Below, in pieces: positions 24,903 to 38,166 of a DNA stretch of 64,000 nt. The notes under the pieces were generated by a model. It saw only the letters and a program-made list of their open reading frames with translations. It ran no database searches and had not been told where the DNA came from. This stretch comes from Okamejei kenojei. Lineage: Eukaryota. The position numbers and the translations under genes are program-made. Positions within the stretch are counted from its first letter, which is position 1. Each line of letters starts with the position of its first letter. The stretch covers positions 13,516,001-13,580,000 of the forward strand of contig CM069168.1 of NCBI GenBank assembly GCA_035221665.1, written 5' to 3'.

Positions 24903-26238
24903 CTGCAAGGAATAACAGAATAGATTAGAGCACCACAACTATGTTAAGCTAAAACCAACAAGATTTGTAACCTACAATGCAATCTACAGGTTCTTAAAAT
25001 CTAACTGTGCTGAAGGTATTTCTGCTTTTTTCTACTAACCAGATAAAGCAATGAATATAGAAGATAGACACAAAAGGCTGGAGTAACTCAGTGGGACAGG
25101 CAGCATCTCTGGAGAGAAGGAATGGGTGACGTTTCAGGTCAAGACCCTTCTTTAGACAAGATGAGTCTCGAGGAGGAGGAGCGTGGAAGTTGTCTATGGG
25201 AACGATCCAGCAGCCCTAGCTGCAGGTGGAAAATTCAACTCGCCGATTGGCTTGAGGTCGAGAATGGCCGTCGGACTGGCCTTTTGGGGGGGGACGGGGA
25301 CTTCCCGAGGAGGAGGAGGAGGCGGGAAAGCGTGGACCACCACTTGCCAGAAAACCGGTGGTCGACTTGTACATTACCTCTTTTGGCCGCACTTTGAATA
25401 TGTTAGTTGGGGGAGAAAACCGCCTCAAAATAAAGTTCCCACAGAAATCAATCTTTTTGCTTCACGATGGTATTCAAGCCACAATCCTAACCAATAAGTT
25501 CACAGCAGAGAATATGTTCTCTTATTGAACAAGTCATCAGATGTGGCTGCATACACCTCTTGTCAAGGCATTTCCTTCTGCAGCAAATGAAGCATCACTT
25601 GCTTCAAAACATGCATGGCCATTTCAGGTATATAAATCAGAAGAAAATACACTTAAATTGGCAAAAGATTTTCATTAAAAAAAAAGGAGCAGGTCTTCCT
25701 CATCAACTGAACACCCATTACTTCCGAATCTGGGTACCACCTCACAAGCAACCAATGTACACATGTAGCCACCATGTAATAAATTACATGGCCCAGAATG
25801 GAAGTTGCAATGAAAACACACAAATATGCTTCACATATAGACATGCCCAACCAAATTCAAAACACTGCAAAATGCCTTAGAAATGTTGCTGTGTTTCATC
25901 CCAGAGAGAATTTAAATGAATTCCAACTGATCTTCTGGACGGTTATGTTAATCGAACGAGATGAGTTAACATGAGCGATGTTCTTGGAACATAATTACCC
26001 GCATAAACCTGCAGGGTCAGGTGGTGGCAATATACTGGGAATTCTATGTAATTTCTTTTGCAAAACATTTCAGGTCAAACATAGATATCCATGCATCATC
26101 TATGAGGAATCAATATGCAAAATAAACAGTGACAAGACTTGCCAGGAATATTCCTTTGAACATGCCACCAATGAACTGCAGAAATAGCTAAATCAATTAC
26201 TTCATTTCAACTCGATGTGCTACACCGATAACACTCAC

Positions 26239-26336
26239 CTCCTGCTCCTGCTGGAATATGACGACTCTACCCCCCTTGTCCCCAGTTGCCAGTAGTTCTC
26301 CAGAGTGGTTAAATTCTACTGTGGAAATAACATCAG
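26239..26336 (-). CDS. PPP2R2A: PP2A B55-alpha exon 3 (98 nt)
   Basis: TTTACAG|(A)[32 protein letters not shown]|GTGAGT. Needs a phase-1 upstream exon. Absent from the ORF track; translated by hand. Confidence 0.96.
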
Positions 26337-26604
26337 CTGTAAAGATAAAGAATGATAAAACATTAGGACATTTCACTCACATGGTTGAACTTCAGGAGAA
26401 TTAGCTGATGTACACAACACCTCAGCTATGCTTGAAGCAGAGTTTTGAGCCAAGTAACCAGAGAAGGAACAATTTATCAGATTGTCAAGCTCATGAGGAT
26501 ACGATGAAGGAGTTCTGCATGCACACAAACTTGAAACACTGGTCTTAAGCTCTATATCCAAATCTCGAACCACAAAAAAAAACTAATTGGACATGAGATA
26601 GTTA

Positions 26605-26911
26605 AGGGGCTGTCCCATTGTACGAGCTAATTCAAGAGCTCTCCCGACTTTTAAAAAAAATCAAACTCGTGGTAAGCACGTAGAATGTACGTAGCGGGTA
26701 CGTTGGAGCTCGGGACGTCTCTTAGCGGCTTGTAACGCTAACGGCAGGTACTCTGGAAACGCGGTAAGCTCGTGAAGACTTTTCAACATGCTGAAAAATG
26801 CCCACGAGAGCCCAGAGTACCTACAATCGGCTATTACCGTAATTCTCCGAGTTCGAATCAGGGGAAACTTGGGAGATCTCTTGAATTAGCTCGTACAGTG
26901 GGACAGCCCCT
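26605..26911. mobile_element. PIF/Harbinger-type MITE
   Basis: About 40-bp TIRs AGGGGCTGTCCCA(T/C)TGTACGAGCTAATTCAAGAG; 3-bp TSD TTA (26602-26604, 26912-26914). Confidence 0.8.
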
Positions 26912-28850
26912 TTACAATTTACAGGTGCCCAGATACTGCCGGGCATTCTCCATACATCTCAGTGCTGCGTTTTCCATCCCATTGAGATGGGATGGAAAAC
27001 GTTGCCCTGCAGGTGCCAGTAATACGGGGACAGCCATGTCCCTGTATTGAAACACTGATCTGCAGAGTTACATAACCATAGCCAGTGCTTCTACTCAAAA
27101 ACGTAGAAGCAGCATGCTCTAATAATTCTGGACTTGTTTGCATACAAACGCATTCACACGAGCCCTAAGCTTAGTTTGCAATTTTACTCCTGCCATTTAT
27201 TGCCAACTATTAGTTAAAGGTCTTTAAATAAACCTAGCATTCATGAGTAAAACATGTCAGCCCGGATTCTGCTCCGCCATCAATCATGTTACTCAAGAAA
27301 TGCCTGGACAGTGAGATGTCACCTTCAGGTTGCGTCTAAAGCTGGGGCACATAAAAGATTTTAAAAAACAGTTGGACGAATTCAGAAGAACGTTCTTGAG
27401 CCAGAAACTGGTGATAGTCCACAACTTGCTACCATGAGGTAATTATTGAAGTGAATGGTTCTGGGACTCCAGCCAGGCCGGAGCCGGCAGATCCATTCCC
27501 ACAGCAGACTTCTGAGGTGATCTTTGCGGGCCAGTATCTCGGTCCTTGGCTGGCCAAGGCCGATCGTTCCGGTACCATTCCACTCCTCTCGGAAGCCGTG
27601 ACCTTCGTTGGTCCGGCAAAACAGATAATCCAGACTCTGGAATCAAGGGTGCTGGAAAATCGGTGGTGAGCCTGCAATGACATATATCTGTAATGACATA
27701 TTGCTGCTGCTATAATAATATTTTTTTTTTTTGTTGGTGGAATCTTAAAGTCCACGTGGGTGCCAAAACAGTTTATTTTCAGCATCACTTGCTGAAAGGG
27801 GGGTCACCTTTAAGCGAGGTGGTGAAAGAGCAGAGAGGCAGACCAGGTGTCACTAAAATCATAACTCGCACCTGGGATACAACGTTTGTGTGGTGCCGTC
27901 GACTCAATGCAAACTGCAACCTCTCAGAGTGCTTGTTTCCAGCTTAGCTCAGTGGTAATACTCTGTGCCAGAAGGTCATGCAATCATTCGAGGAACTTCT
28001 GTAATCTAGATAACCCAAGGCCCTGTCTGCTTTCTCTCATTTTGGAATAAATAAGATTTCAGTGAACTATTTCAAGAAATATAGTTCACTGTGGGTTATA
28101 TTTATTCCTCAACTATAAACTAAACAGGGGGGCTTAAGTTATAAATCTAATATACGCAGTAGACACGCAACTCCATACTACAAAAGTAAGTATACATTTC
28201 AAAAGTACACAATTAACCTGGAAACACTTTGCAAATGAAGGTCTTCCAAGAGCCACCATGGAGTCAAGTTCCCTTTCCACCTTTCTCAGCTTTACCAATA
28301 GGGCTAGCCAAATTCAAACACAAGCAGAGAAACACAATTTACTAGCATCTGTAATCCCCACCATAGATCACACGTCTCAAAAACCAGAGTCACTTCACCA
28401 TGCTCGCATTATTACCCAAAGTATAATGACGCACACTGAAATCATACAGGAACCGCTCAGCATCAGAATCTCAGGTAAAGATCCCCAGCCCACGTGTAAT
28501 TAGTTTAAAACCTCAACCAGCTGCATTCTGCAAGTTTAATACTCTGTTCTTGAATCATTTTATTTAAAAATAGTTTTGGATGTGGTAACTCATTGCACAC
28601 CCAAGTTTCTCCCACTCCCTCAACCCAGAGTACTCTGTGTACATATCTCGAGTGCTGCTGCAAGTAAGAATTTTATTGTTCTGTTTAGGGACATAGGGCA
28701 ATAAAGCACTTTTGACGACTCTTGACCCCCCCCCTCATAAACCAATTGAATGTCCATTTGACAATATGATTTATATCAATAGGAATTCCCAGCAAAATAC
28801 ATCAAATTAGCCATCAAATTAGAGTTCCAAGGCCAAGACACACACCCCAT

Positions 28851-28870
28851 CACACACACACACACACACA
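28851..28870. repeat. (CA)10 microsatellite
   Basis: Uninterrupted ca run. Confidence 0.9.
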
Positions 28871-29130
28871 TAATATCCAAGGCTGAAACTGAAATGGAAA
28901 ACAAATGACTTTGGTTTGCTCGATTTGTTGAACAAAAGACAAACAAGGGGGAGTCTGTAAAATGTATCTCTCACTATTCACAGCAAAAATTAGGGCCAAT
29001 AGGCACCTCATTGTGGCTTCTATAAAACAGAATTCAACATCTCTAACGTTCTGATGAATCATTTACTACAATCATCTTCAAACAACATCTTTTTGTCACA
29101 TTCCTACTTGCTTTGCATACTACATCCTCA

Positions 29131-29333
29131 AGGGCCTGTCCCACATGTGTTTTTTTTTGGCCACTAGCCGGCACCTGTCATAGTTGCAGCAGGTTGCCGA
29201 AAAATTTCAACATGTTGAAAATCCAGCGGCGGCCAGAAAGAAGGTACGACTCTTTGGGCGACAACTCACCACCAAACAGGGGTCACCTGTTTGTCACATG
29301 TCAAGTAAAAATCGCGTAAGTGGGACAGGCCCT
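29131..29333. mobile_element. PIF/Harbinger-type MITE
   Basis: TIRs AGGGCCTGTCCCAC...GTGGGACAGGCCCT; TSD TCA (29128-29130, 29334-29336). Confidence 0.8.
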
Positions 29334-29699
29334 TCACTATATTGAAGTCAGGACTTTGAGAACAAGTAGTTCGTGCAACTTTGAAATCAATTGTTTTTGT
29401 CTCTTTTCAAATCTGAAAGGTTTTACAATGCAGGTATCATGCCATGTGAATATATATATTCCTCCCCACTCAACTCTCTTGCATTTAATAACTGGTCAAA
29501 GCTTCAGCCAGGTTGCTAAATTTAATGTGCTTCTTCACAATACAGAATTCAGGAACAAGAGACTATTACAATTCAAAGTTGACATATGCAAAGCTGTATC
29601 AATGCAAGTATTAACTACATCACAAAGTGCAACAAAGCTCTTCACAAACCAGCCCCACTGGTCCTAAATTTACAAATAAATCAAACATAGGTGGCAGAA

Positions 29700-30720
29700 C
29701 GGTGTATTGCAGAAATATTTCATTGGGGCAATGACATGTTAGATGGAGCAAGAAAGTGAGATAATTGGGGGAAAATGTGTGACCATTCAATTCCGTAGAA
29801 AGAGTAAAAGTGGGAGCAATTGTTAAGTATGAGAGATTGAAAGATATTGGTGTGCAGAGGGACCTAGGTATCTTTGTATATGAATTAGCAACAGTTAATA
29901 AGCAGGTACTGCAAGCCATTAGTAAGGCAAAGACTGAGTAACTCCAGCATTTTGTGTCTATCTTCAGTGTAAACGAGCACCTTCAGTCCTCTAACCAGTC
30001 TGGAGAAGGGTCTCGACCCGAAACGTCACCCATTCCTTCTCTCCAGAGATGCTGCCTGTCCTGCTGAGTTACTTGAGCTTTTTGTGTCAATCTTCAGTTT
30101 AAACCAGCATCTGCAGTTCCTTCCAACACATCTCCAGATCCTTGCTACACAAAGAGCATATTGACCTTTATTGCATGATCAGTTCACACTAAGAAACTGC
30201 ATCTTGCTGCAATTATAGACGTCCCCGGGCGAGACGTATAATTTTGAACTGGTCTGTTTTCCTACCCAAGGATCTCCTTCTGTAAGAAGGAGCTCAGCAA
30301 AGGTTAACCAGATTAATTCCAGAGAAGGCAGGTTTGTTATACGAAGAGAGATTAAACAGACTGGGCCTAAAGCCTCAATCTTGGATAAGAGGTGATCTCA
30401 TTAAAACATAAACTTCTTAAAGGGCTTGAGAGTGTTGATGTTTCCTTTAGCTAGGTTAACTAGCAGCGGGGGGGTCACAGTCTAAAAGTCTAAAAATAAA
30501 GTGTTGGCCATTCAGGGCAGGTGAGAAGAAATGTCTTGAATCTTTGCAAGGAATGTGGAGGCTCAGCAGCCGAGTTTGACAGATATTGGGATATTAAACG
30601 AGATACGAGGCTAAGCACATGTTAGCGGCATAAAAGGAAAACATCAGCTGTGATTTGATTGAATAGTGGAGTAACATGAAGGGCCCCATGGCCTACACCT
30701 ACTTTTAAATCCGTTCTTAA
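29700..30720 (+). mobile_element. Old CR1 LINE fragment interrupted by Penelope ends (about 29932-30130)
   Basis: QRDLGIFV..., RLNRLGL, RGDLIKT-like remnants and a CR1 tail. The Penelope tail has a CTGGAGA variant of the hammerhead motif at 30000-30027. Confidence 0.65.
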
Positions 30721-31104
30721 ACAAAGAAAGCCTCTATTTACACACTGTTGTACACATTTTGTTTTGTAATATTCCTAATTACCATTGTCAGCTCTGAGTA
30801 GATTCCACCAAATGAAAATTTTACTTCAACATTACCACAAAAATTTAGATCTTCAAATTACAAACTACATCTTAAAACAAGATTGAGTCTGACCCAAGTT
30901 ATTTTTATTGGCCTACTGTTTGAGAGGGAACTGCAGATGCTGGAAAATTGAAGCAAAAATGCTGGAGAAACTCAGCGGGTGCAGCAGCATCTATTGGCAT
31001 ACTCGTCACCTGATTTTCATTTCTCAAGACAAGGTTAATCCTACTCGCTTCCAAATTTCAATCTACGTAAAAATTCTAACCATACACAATCGATCACAAT
31101 CAAT

Positions 31105-31510
31105 CAGATTTATTCATCTGATATACAATAAAGTGCAGTGAAATGAACTTGCCAGCAGTGGTACAATCAAAAAGAACACACGATACACAATAAAAATTGA
31201 ACACAAACATCCACCACAGCATTCTTTACTGTGGTGGAAGGCACAAAATACAGTCAGTCCTCCTCCATTGTTCCCCCGTGGTCGGGGCCATAAACCTCTG
31301 CATTCGCCGCTGCGGGCGGCCAGATGTACGGGCCTCTCTTCGGGAAGGTAAGTCGCGAATCGGTGCTTCCCTACCGGAGACCGCGACCTCAAGATGACAC
31401 AGGCCGCATGCCGGTGGTCGGAGCTCTTCTGCAGGGATCCCCGGCGAGGGATCCCAGGCTCCGGACGCCGCACCCGTGGCTAGAAGCTCCGTAGACCGCG
31501 GCTTCAGGCT
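31105..31510 (-). mobile_element. GC-rich non-autonomous retroposon related to the element at 43247-44075
   Basis: Shares the 3' segment tttg(tg)ccttcca(c/t)cacagt...tgtgg.ggatgtt...tgtgtt and ends in an aataaa plus short-repeat tail. Confidence 0.55.
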
Positions 31511-32588
31511 GAACAGTCAATGCCATTTTCATTCAGCTGCGCAACCTTTTTCGCCAACACATTCATCAAATCATCACTGCAATATGGTTTGCAGTATCCA
31601 TTCGTACATTAATTCATGAAAAATAAATTTAGAGCACATTTCCCGATTTACAAACAACTTTGGAACATATGGACGATATGCCTATCAAGCAAAAATAGAC
31701 AGTCTGGTGAACTGCAAAATTATGTTGCATACGTACAAGCCATAGCAATTCTTGAGATCAAGCAATATAGTGTTGTTGAGAAAGTGTTTCAGAATTCTTA
31801 TCCAGCAAGATACAAAGGCAAGAATTAAACTCAATAGCTACATATCTCACACACTGAAATGCTCTGACAGACCTCGACTCAGTGGGATTATGAAAGGCTT
31901 TCCAATTGTTCTCTCTGAAGGACAGCATGAACACTAGCAAATTGGGCAATGTGAATGCCTTATCCTTACCGGTCAAACAGTTGGACAACATTCACTCAAA
32001 CTTGCAAAGGACAACAATCAGAAGCAAAGTCGTGCACAGTTCATTCAAAAAGAAATCCAGCAGGAAACAGCTCTAGTCAAAGGACTTGAAGAGATGCAGG
32101 AGCTGGGAGGAGAATCCAAAAAGATAACCAAAACTGGCAAAAAGACAATTCCATGCTTTCTATTGAGAAAATTTGTTTTTATATCACTCCTACTCAGAAT
32201 CATTTTGTTCAACCAAAGAATACTGCTAAGAGACTAAGAGGAACTATTGACCAGCACAGTGTGAGCAAAGTGCACCGCACAAACCTGTCAATAACACACA
32301 TCAAGGAAGCAATTGTGATTATACAAGGCTTGTTCCATACTCATATTCCTACCTGTACACATCCCATGTTCCTTTGTCATTTAAAATAAGATGTTAATTA
32401 ATGACACACTACTCTCACCAACACCGTTTGCCAGATTCCACTGGTCACCCGACACTTGATTTTGAATCAATTCAGAAGTGAATATTTGCATTGCAGTCCA
32501 TTCAGTCACATCGAGACGTGGGTTCAATCCTGACTACAGGTGCTGTCTGTAGGTAGTTTGTACGTTCTCCCTGTGACTGTGGGTTTCA

Positions 32589-33207
32589 AGATTTAAGATT
32601 CAAGAGATTCAAGAGCTTATTGCAATGAATCCCTGATAGGGCAATGAAACATAGTGTGCATTGACTACAAAACAGATCAGTGTGTCCATATACCATTATA
32701 TAAATAAATACACACATGAATAAATAAACTGATAAAGTGCAAATAACAGATAATGGGCTATTAATGTTCAGAGATTTGTCAGAGCCAAGTTTAATAGCCT
32801 GATGGCTGTGGGGAAGTAGCTATTCCTGAACTTGGTCATTGCAGTCTTCAGGCTCCTGTACCTTCTACCTGAAGGTAGGAGGGAGATGAGTGTGTGGCCA
32901 GGGTGGTGTGGGTCCTTGATGATGCTGTCAGCCTTTTTGAGGCAGCGGCTGCGATACATCCCCTCGATGGAAGGAAGGTCAGAGCCGATGATGGACCGGG
33001 CAGTGTTTGCTACTTTTTGTAGTCTTTTCCTCTCCAGGGCGCTCAAGTTGCCGAACCAAGCCACGATGCAACCAGACAGCATGCTCTCTACTGTGCACCT
33101 GTAGAAGTTAGAGAGAGTCCTCCTTGACAAACCGACTCTCCATAATCTTCTCAGGAAGAAGAGGCGCTGATGTGCTTTCTTAATAATTGCATCAGTGTTC
33201 TCGGACT
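32589..33207 (-). mobile_element. Rex1/Babar-clade LINE 3' fragment nested in an HE1-like SINE
   Basis: Open frame LSNFYRCTVESMLSGCIVAWFGN...RKRLQKVANTARSIIG.DLPSIEGMYRSRCLKKADSIIKDPHHPGH...RRYRSL. The SINE head stops at about 32588 and resumes at about 33211. Confidence 0.85.
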
Positions 33208-35312
33208 AGAGTTTTCTTTAGGTGCTTGGTTTCCTTCCATACTCCAAAGACGTACAGGTTTTTTGGTAAAATTATAAATTGTCCCTAGTGTGTGGGATAG
33301 CGCTAGTGTACAGGGGTGATCGCTGGTCGGTGCTGATTCGGGGGACCGAAGGGCCTGCTTCCCCCTGTAGGTCTAAAGTCTAATCTTCCAGTTTCCAGAA
33401 GTATCAAAAGCCAGTGAAAACAAATCAGGCATAGAATATCAGATAGCAATCTCTGACAATTCTGCAAATATTACATGCAAAGCTTCCTCTAATTGTAGGG
33501 AATTAATACGTTGGTTTATTCTGCTGGCAGCCGGGAATTGGATGCAGGTCTTCAAGCCCTGAACTACCATGCAAGTGCTGATTTAAATCTTTAAGCAATA
33601 ACCGATTACTTCTGGTCTCTGTGTTATAATTCACTGCCAAAAAAAACCGTGCTGCGAGGACAAGGCTAAACTGCCTGCATGACTCAGTGATCTGATGTTA
33701 TTCGTTTTGTCAGGCCCTTTCCTGTACAAAGATTATCGACAGCAAAAGGCCTCCAACTGAAAATCACAAAGGAAAAACCAAACTAGAGACCCGTTTTACA
33801 ACCTAGATAAATTTACAGGTGGACACGGATAAAAAGTTTACAGAACAGAGTCCTAAGCTTTTACCACCCTTGGTGCAGAAGTATTAAAAACACTCCTTTT
33901 TGTTTGAAGATTTACCTCTTCCCAACCAGTGGATCAAGATTTCCATTACTAGTTTACCGTACTATCTTGAAAACCCTCATCACCCTTCACGCAGCCTTGG
34001 CAAGGCCACCATCAGAATCATGGATTAGTCTCACCCCGATCACTCCCTCTTCTCCCCTCGCCCATCAGGCAAGAAGAGATAGAGAAGTATGAAACATGCA
34101 CCTCCAATTATGGGGCAGTTCCTTCCCAGCTGTTATCAGGCAACTGAATCATCCTATCAATAATGAAAGAGTGGTCCAGAGCTACTATCTACCTCACTGG
34201 AGACCCTTGGACTATCTTTAATCGTACTTTACCTTGCACTGAACGTTATTCGCTTTACCATGTAACTGTACACTGTGGACGTATAGTCTTTCCGCTGACT
34301 GGTTAGCACACAACTGCTTTCACAGTACCTCGGCACACGTGACAATAAGCTAAATTAATCTACCCTAGTTTGTGCAATCAATAACTTTTTGTTTCCTCTG
34401 TTGAAAAGGTCCCATCCGCTGCAATGTCAGCGAAGACTGACAACGACAGCTGGTTATTTATAGCCGCTTAACTTGAGGCACTCCAGGCCACGTCACTACA
34501 ATTACACAGAAGCACTTTCACAATTGCCATATCACATTTCAAATTTGCATTCACAATGCTGTTCACAACTCAACGTTACAACCAAGCTTCGATTATCTTT
34601 GTGTTAATTGGAATCCAGCAATCAGACTTATGTATACCACAAATCTTCCATCACAGTAACAATCTTCAGTTAAGGAATAAGGTCACAATCATACTTTTTT
34701 TTGAGGGTTTGTCATTGTTGAATAGCAGGAATGTCCAATCAGCTGATTGTGAAACCTACAATCGTAATCCCTGACCATTGAGTACTTAAGCGACAATTAG
34801 GTTCACACCAAGTTCAAAACCTCATTACAGTGCAATATTTAGTTTGAGAAGCTTATCAGGCTGCTAGCAGAGCAGATTGAATGGCTACGACACAACAGCC
34901 ACTTTCCAAATAAAACGTCACTATCATGCAAAGACTGACGATCCAATAAGAAACATTTACAAGCTTTATTCATGCCTACTCCCCTGTGAGATATGCATTT
35001 TGGAGAACTGCTGTCATCAGTCACATTCAACAGGCTACTCCAATAAACTGCCAATTAATAAGCATCTAGATAGATAACAGAAGGCACCGACATTCGCTCA
35101 GTGTGACTGCTAAACCAGCGGCAGGTTAAAACTATCCCCCTCAAAGTTTTTTGTTTAAACATAAAACTAGGATGTCTTATTCATTTTCCCTTTCCCATGA
35201 ACACACCCACACACTTTTATAAAAAAAATTAACTGTTCTTTGAATCTGAGCAAAAACTGTTTTACCCCCAATTTAAAATCCGTCTCAAGTCCAGAAATAG
35301 AGTTTGAAGGAA

Positions 35313-35471
35313 AGGGCCTGTCCCACTTGGCTGTCATTTGCGCGTAATTTACGCGTCACGACGCACGTGATGTGCGCATGGTGACATAGGCTCCCCAGGA
35401 TTTTGGTATGTACAAAATCTTTGCGCGCCATCTGCATGACGCGCAAATGACAGCTAAGTGGGACAGGCCCT
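35313..35471. mobile_element. PIF/Harbinger-type MITE
   Basis: About 32-bp TIRs AGGGCCTGTCCCACTT(G/A)GCTGTCATTTGCGCG; flanks GAA and TAA (TSD with one mismatch). Confidence 0.8.
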
Positions 35472-37542
35472 TAAGGATCCTCAAATGTTGGTACTTCCAG
35501 CTGGTGATGAGTGTTGTGTGCACTAGATGGCTCAGTGTAATATTAACACTACAGACTGCATCGCTTGCCAGATTGCCAATTATGTCCCCATTGCTCCTAA
35601 ACATGGAAATCTCACTTATTGCAAACACACAAAGACGAATGACCTAAAACAGACTCCCTTTACGTAGTGCAACGTGTCATGCCAAAATGTTTAATATTTT
35701 TACAGAATTAGGAATTTTTATAAATGTTGTAAAGTGTTATACAAATGTTACCTGAAAATTACTAAGAATGGAGATAGACATAAAATGCTGGAATAACTCA
35801 ATGGGTGGCATCACCTATTCCTCCTCTCCGGAGATGCTGCCTGCCCCCCTGAGTTACTCCAGCATTTTGTATCTTCCATGTAAACCAGCACCTGTAGTTC
35901 CTTTCAACAAATTACTAACAATGGAGTCAGGCAGATTCCCAACCTTCCCTTGAACAGATCCCCACATCGCATTACCATCAACTGTAGTCCCCACATCCCC
36001 CATCTCTCCCACACGGCCACCAACCCCAATTCCTGAGCACAACCCCAGATACCAAGCCAATGTCCCAAATTGTAAAGCTCATCAAACCTCTTTCGCCAAT
36101 ATCAAAGTGTGTTCACCGCCCCGACTAGTGGCCGATCTGTAGCCAAATATACAGACAAATATGTCCGTAGGGATACCAAATTTTAGGAAAAGGTCCACCA
36201 GAAAATCCCAATTAAATACAAAAATATCAGGTTGTACAGCATCTATGGAACGAGAAACAGAGGGACTTCTTCAAGTTAAAGATCCTTCATCGCACTGATT
36301 CAACTCTAATACCCCAGTCAGGGTGTTGGCATTTTGTTTAGCCCGCACACATAAAGCCAAATGATTAACAACGAGAAAACAGAGCCTACATGTGATGGCA
36401 GAATAGAAAAGTGCAATGAGAAAATTGTCCTGAATTTCAATGTTACTTTCATATCAACGACTTTGATGAAAAGTTATTTTAATCAAACATTTGGAACAGT
36501 TGGGGGCTCAATGACAGTGAAGCAAAGATAACTTCTGTACTTATGATGTGATAATGTTTCGAATCACTCCCACCAGGACTAATTTGATCTTACGGTTAAA
36601 TAGTTCAAAATACCGTCAAAATTGATGTTGAGAATCTAGGATTTGAATACTGGTCAGGTTTCACTATTTTAGTGTACACAGTTATCAATATTCAAACCTA
36701 CACAGCAATTGACATCATTAGTTAAACACGAGTTGTCACTGAAGATATAACTTAAATCCCAAGAGAGGGCAGGATTTTTCTTTTCAACTTTCTTGAAATA
36801 ATATCTGAAATATTCTGAGATGAAAGCTATGAAATATACTCCTCCTCTCTTCCCCACCCCCTACCCCCACTCTCCAATTCAAATGAAAGGCTTGGATTCC
36901 CAAAGTCAATGTATCTCTGTGTAGCCCAGGGGAAAATACGATGAAAACAAAGTCCACGTCATCCATTCACCTAAATATTGATTACATGATGTGTTTGTAA
37001 CAAAGCTTCTCTTCACTCTTCATAAGCCCTGGACGACAACTCAGGGTAGCAGTTTGCCTCATTCACAGGATAGTCCACTGACATCCAGCCACACTAATAT
37101 GGTCATAAGGAACAGGAGTAGAATTAGGCCATTCGGCCCATCAAGTCTACTCTGGCTGATCTATCTCTCCTTCCTAACCCCATTCTCCTGCCTTCTCCCA
37201 ATAACCTCCGACACCTGCACTAATCAAGAATCTATTGATCTCTGCCTTTAAAATATCCACTGACTTAGCCTCCACAGCCTTCTGCGGCAAAGAATTCCAT
37301 AAATTCACCACCGTCTGACTAGACATTTCTCCTCATCTCCTTCCTTAAAGAATGTCCTTTAATTCTGAGGCTTTGACCTCTAGTCCTAGACTCCCAATAA
37401 TCAGTGCAAGACTGTTCATTAAGCTAACTAACAAAACATGTTCACTGGCAGTTTGCTTGCATCAAGAAGGAAGACATGCACAATAGATGTTACATTGTCA
37501 TAATAAAACCCACATCTTACCAAAAAAATGAACATCCCATAC

Positions 37543-37633
37543 CTTGGTTATAGGGTGAAGTGGACATCAGCGCATTGAGGCCAGAGAATGACGATTTGAT
37601 TGAATAGGGGAAATGACAGTGAAAGCATTTCAT
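37543..37633 (-). CDS. PPP2R2A: Candidate alternative first coding exon of PPP2R2A encoding a Bbeta2-like N-terminal leader
   Basis: AAG-ATG (A at -3), 30 codons plus 1 nt: MKCFHCHFPYSIKSSFSGLNALMSTSPYNQ, then AAG|GTATGG donor. Phase 1 gives G+CT = Ala with exon 3. Similar to recalled Bbeta2 MKCFSRYLPYIFRPPNTILSSSCHTE. Confidence 0.75.
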
Positions 37634-38158
37634 CTTCTGCAGTATACCGATATGCTGCTGGAGTTTCATTTATTAACACCACACCCCAAAACAAGGAGTA
37701 AGCCCTTCTATCTATCCATTTGTACGGTTCCAATTAATAACGGAAACTGTAGACTCTTGTCCTGCAATGGGGGAGCGTGTGGCCTAAATGCATACAAAAC
37801 AACCTCTGTCCCTCTTTTCATCTTCTGCCTAGTTTGCGTTTCTTAAAAAACAGCAACCCTTTGACTGGAGGAGCCTTTTGGAAGAGGGGGGAGGGAGGAA
37901 ATCAGCTACCCGCACTGTAAAGAATTATCTGTAAAATGCGGAATTCAGCTGCCTGTATCTGCAGCACCGGTATTCAAACTCGATGCTGTTTAACTCTGAC
38001 ATTGAGCTCCTTTCCCAGATACAGCAGCAATCCAAAATTAAAAGGACGATGGCTTCCTGCAAAAAGTCGATGGTTTTCCCCATCCCTAGAAGTGCCAGCC
38101 TTTATGGCATTGAACACTGAAAGAGCATAATCCTGCTGTGCTTATATCAAGGTCAAAG

Positions 38159-38166
38159 TGACGTCA
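38159..38166. promoter_or_regulatory. Full CRE palindrome upstream of the candidate alternative exon
   Basis: TGACGTCA about 530 bp upstream of the ATG at 37633, in a repeat-free block. Confidence 0.35.

Noticed and set aside
14476-26336. Assignment of the gene to PPP2R2B, PPP2R2C or PPP2R2D
   Set aside because: Most diagnostic residues and the BNIP3L-like neighbour favour PPP2R2A, despite a few beta-like residues ([12 protein letters not shown]).
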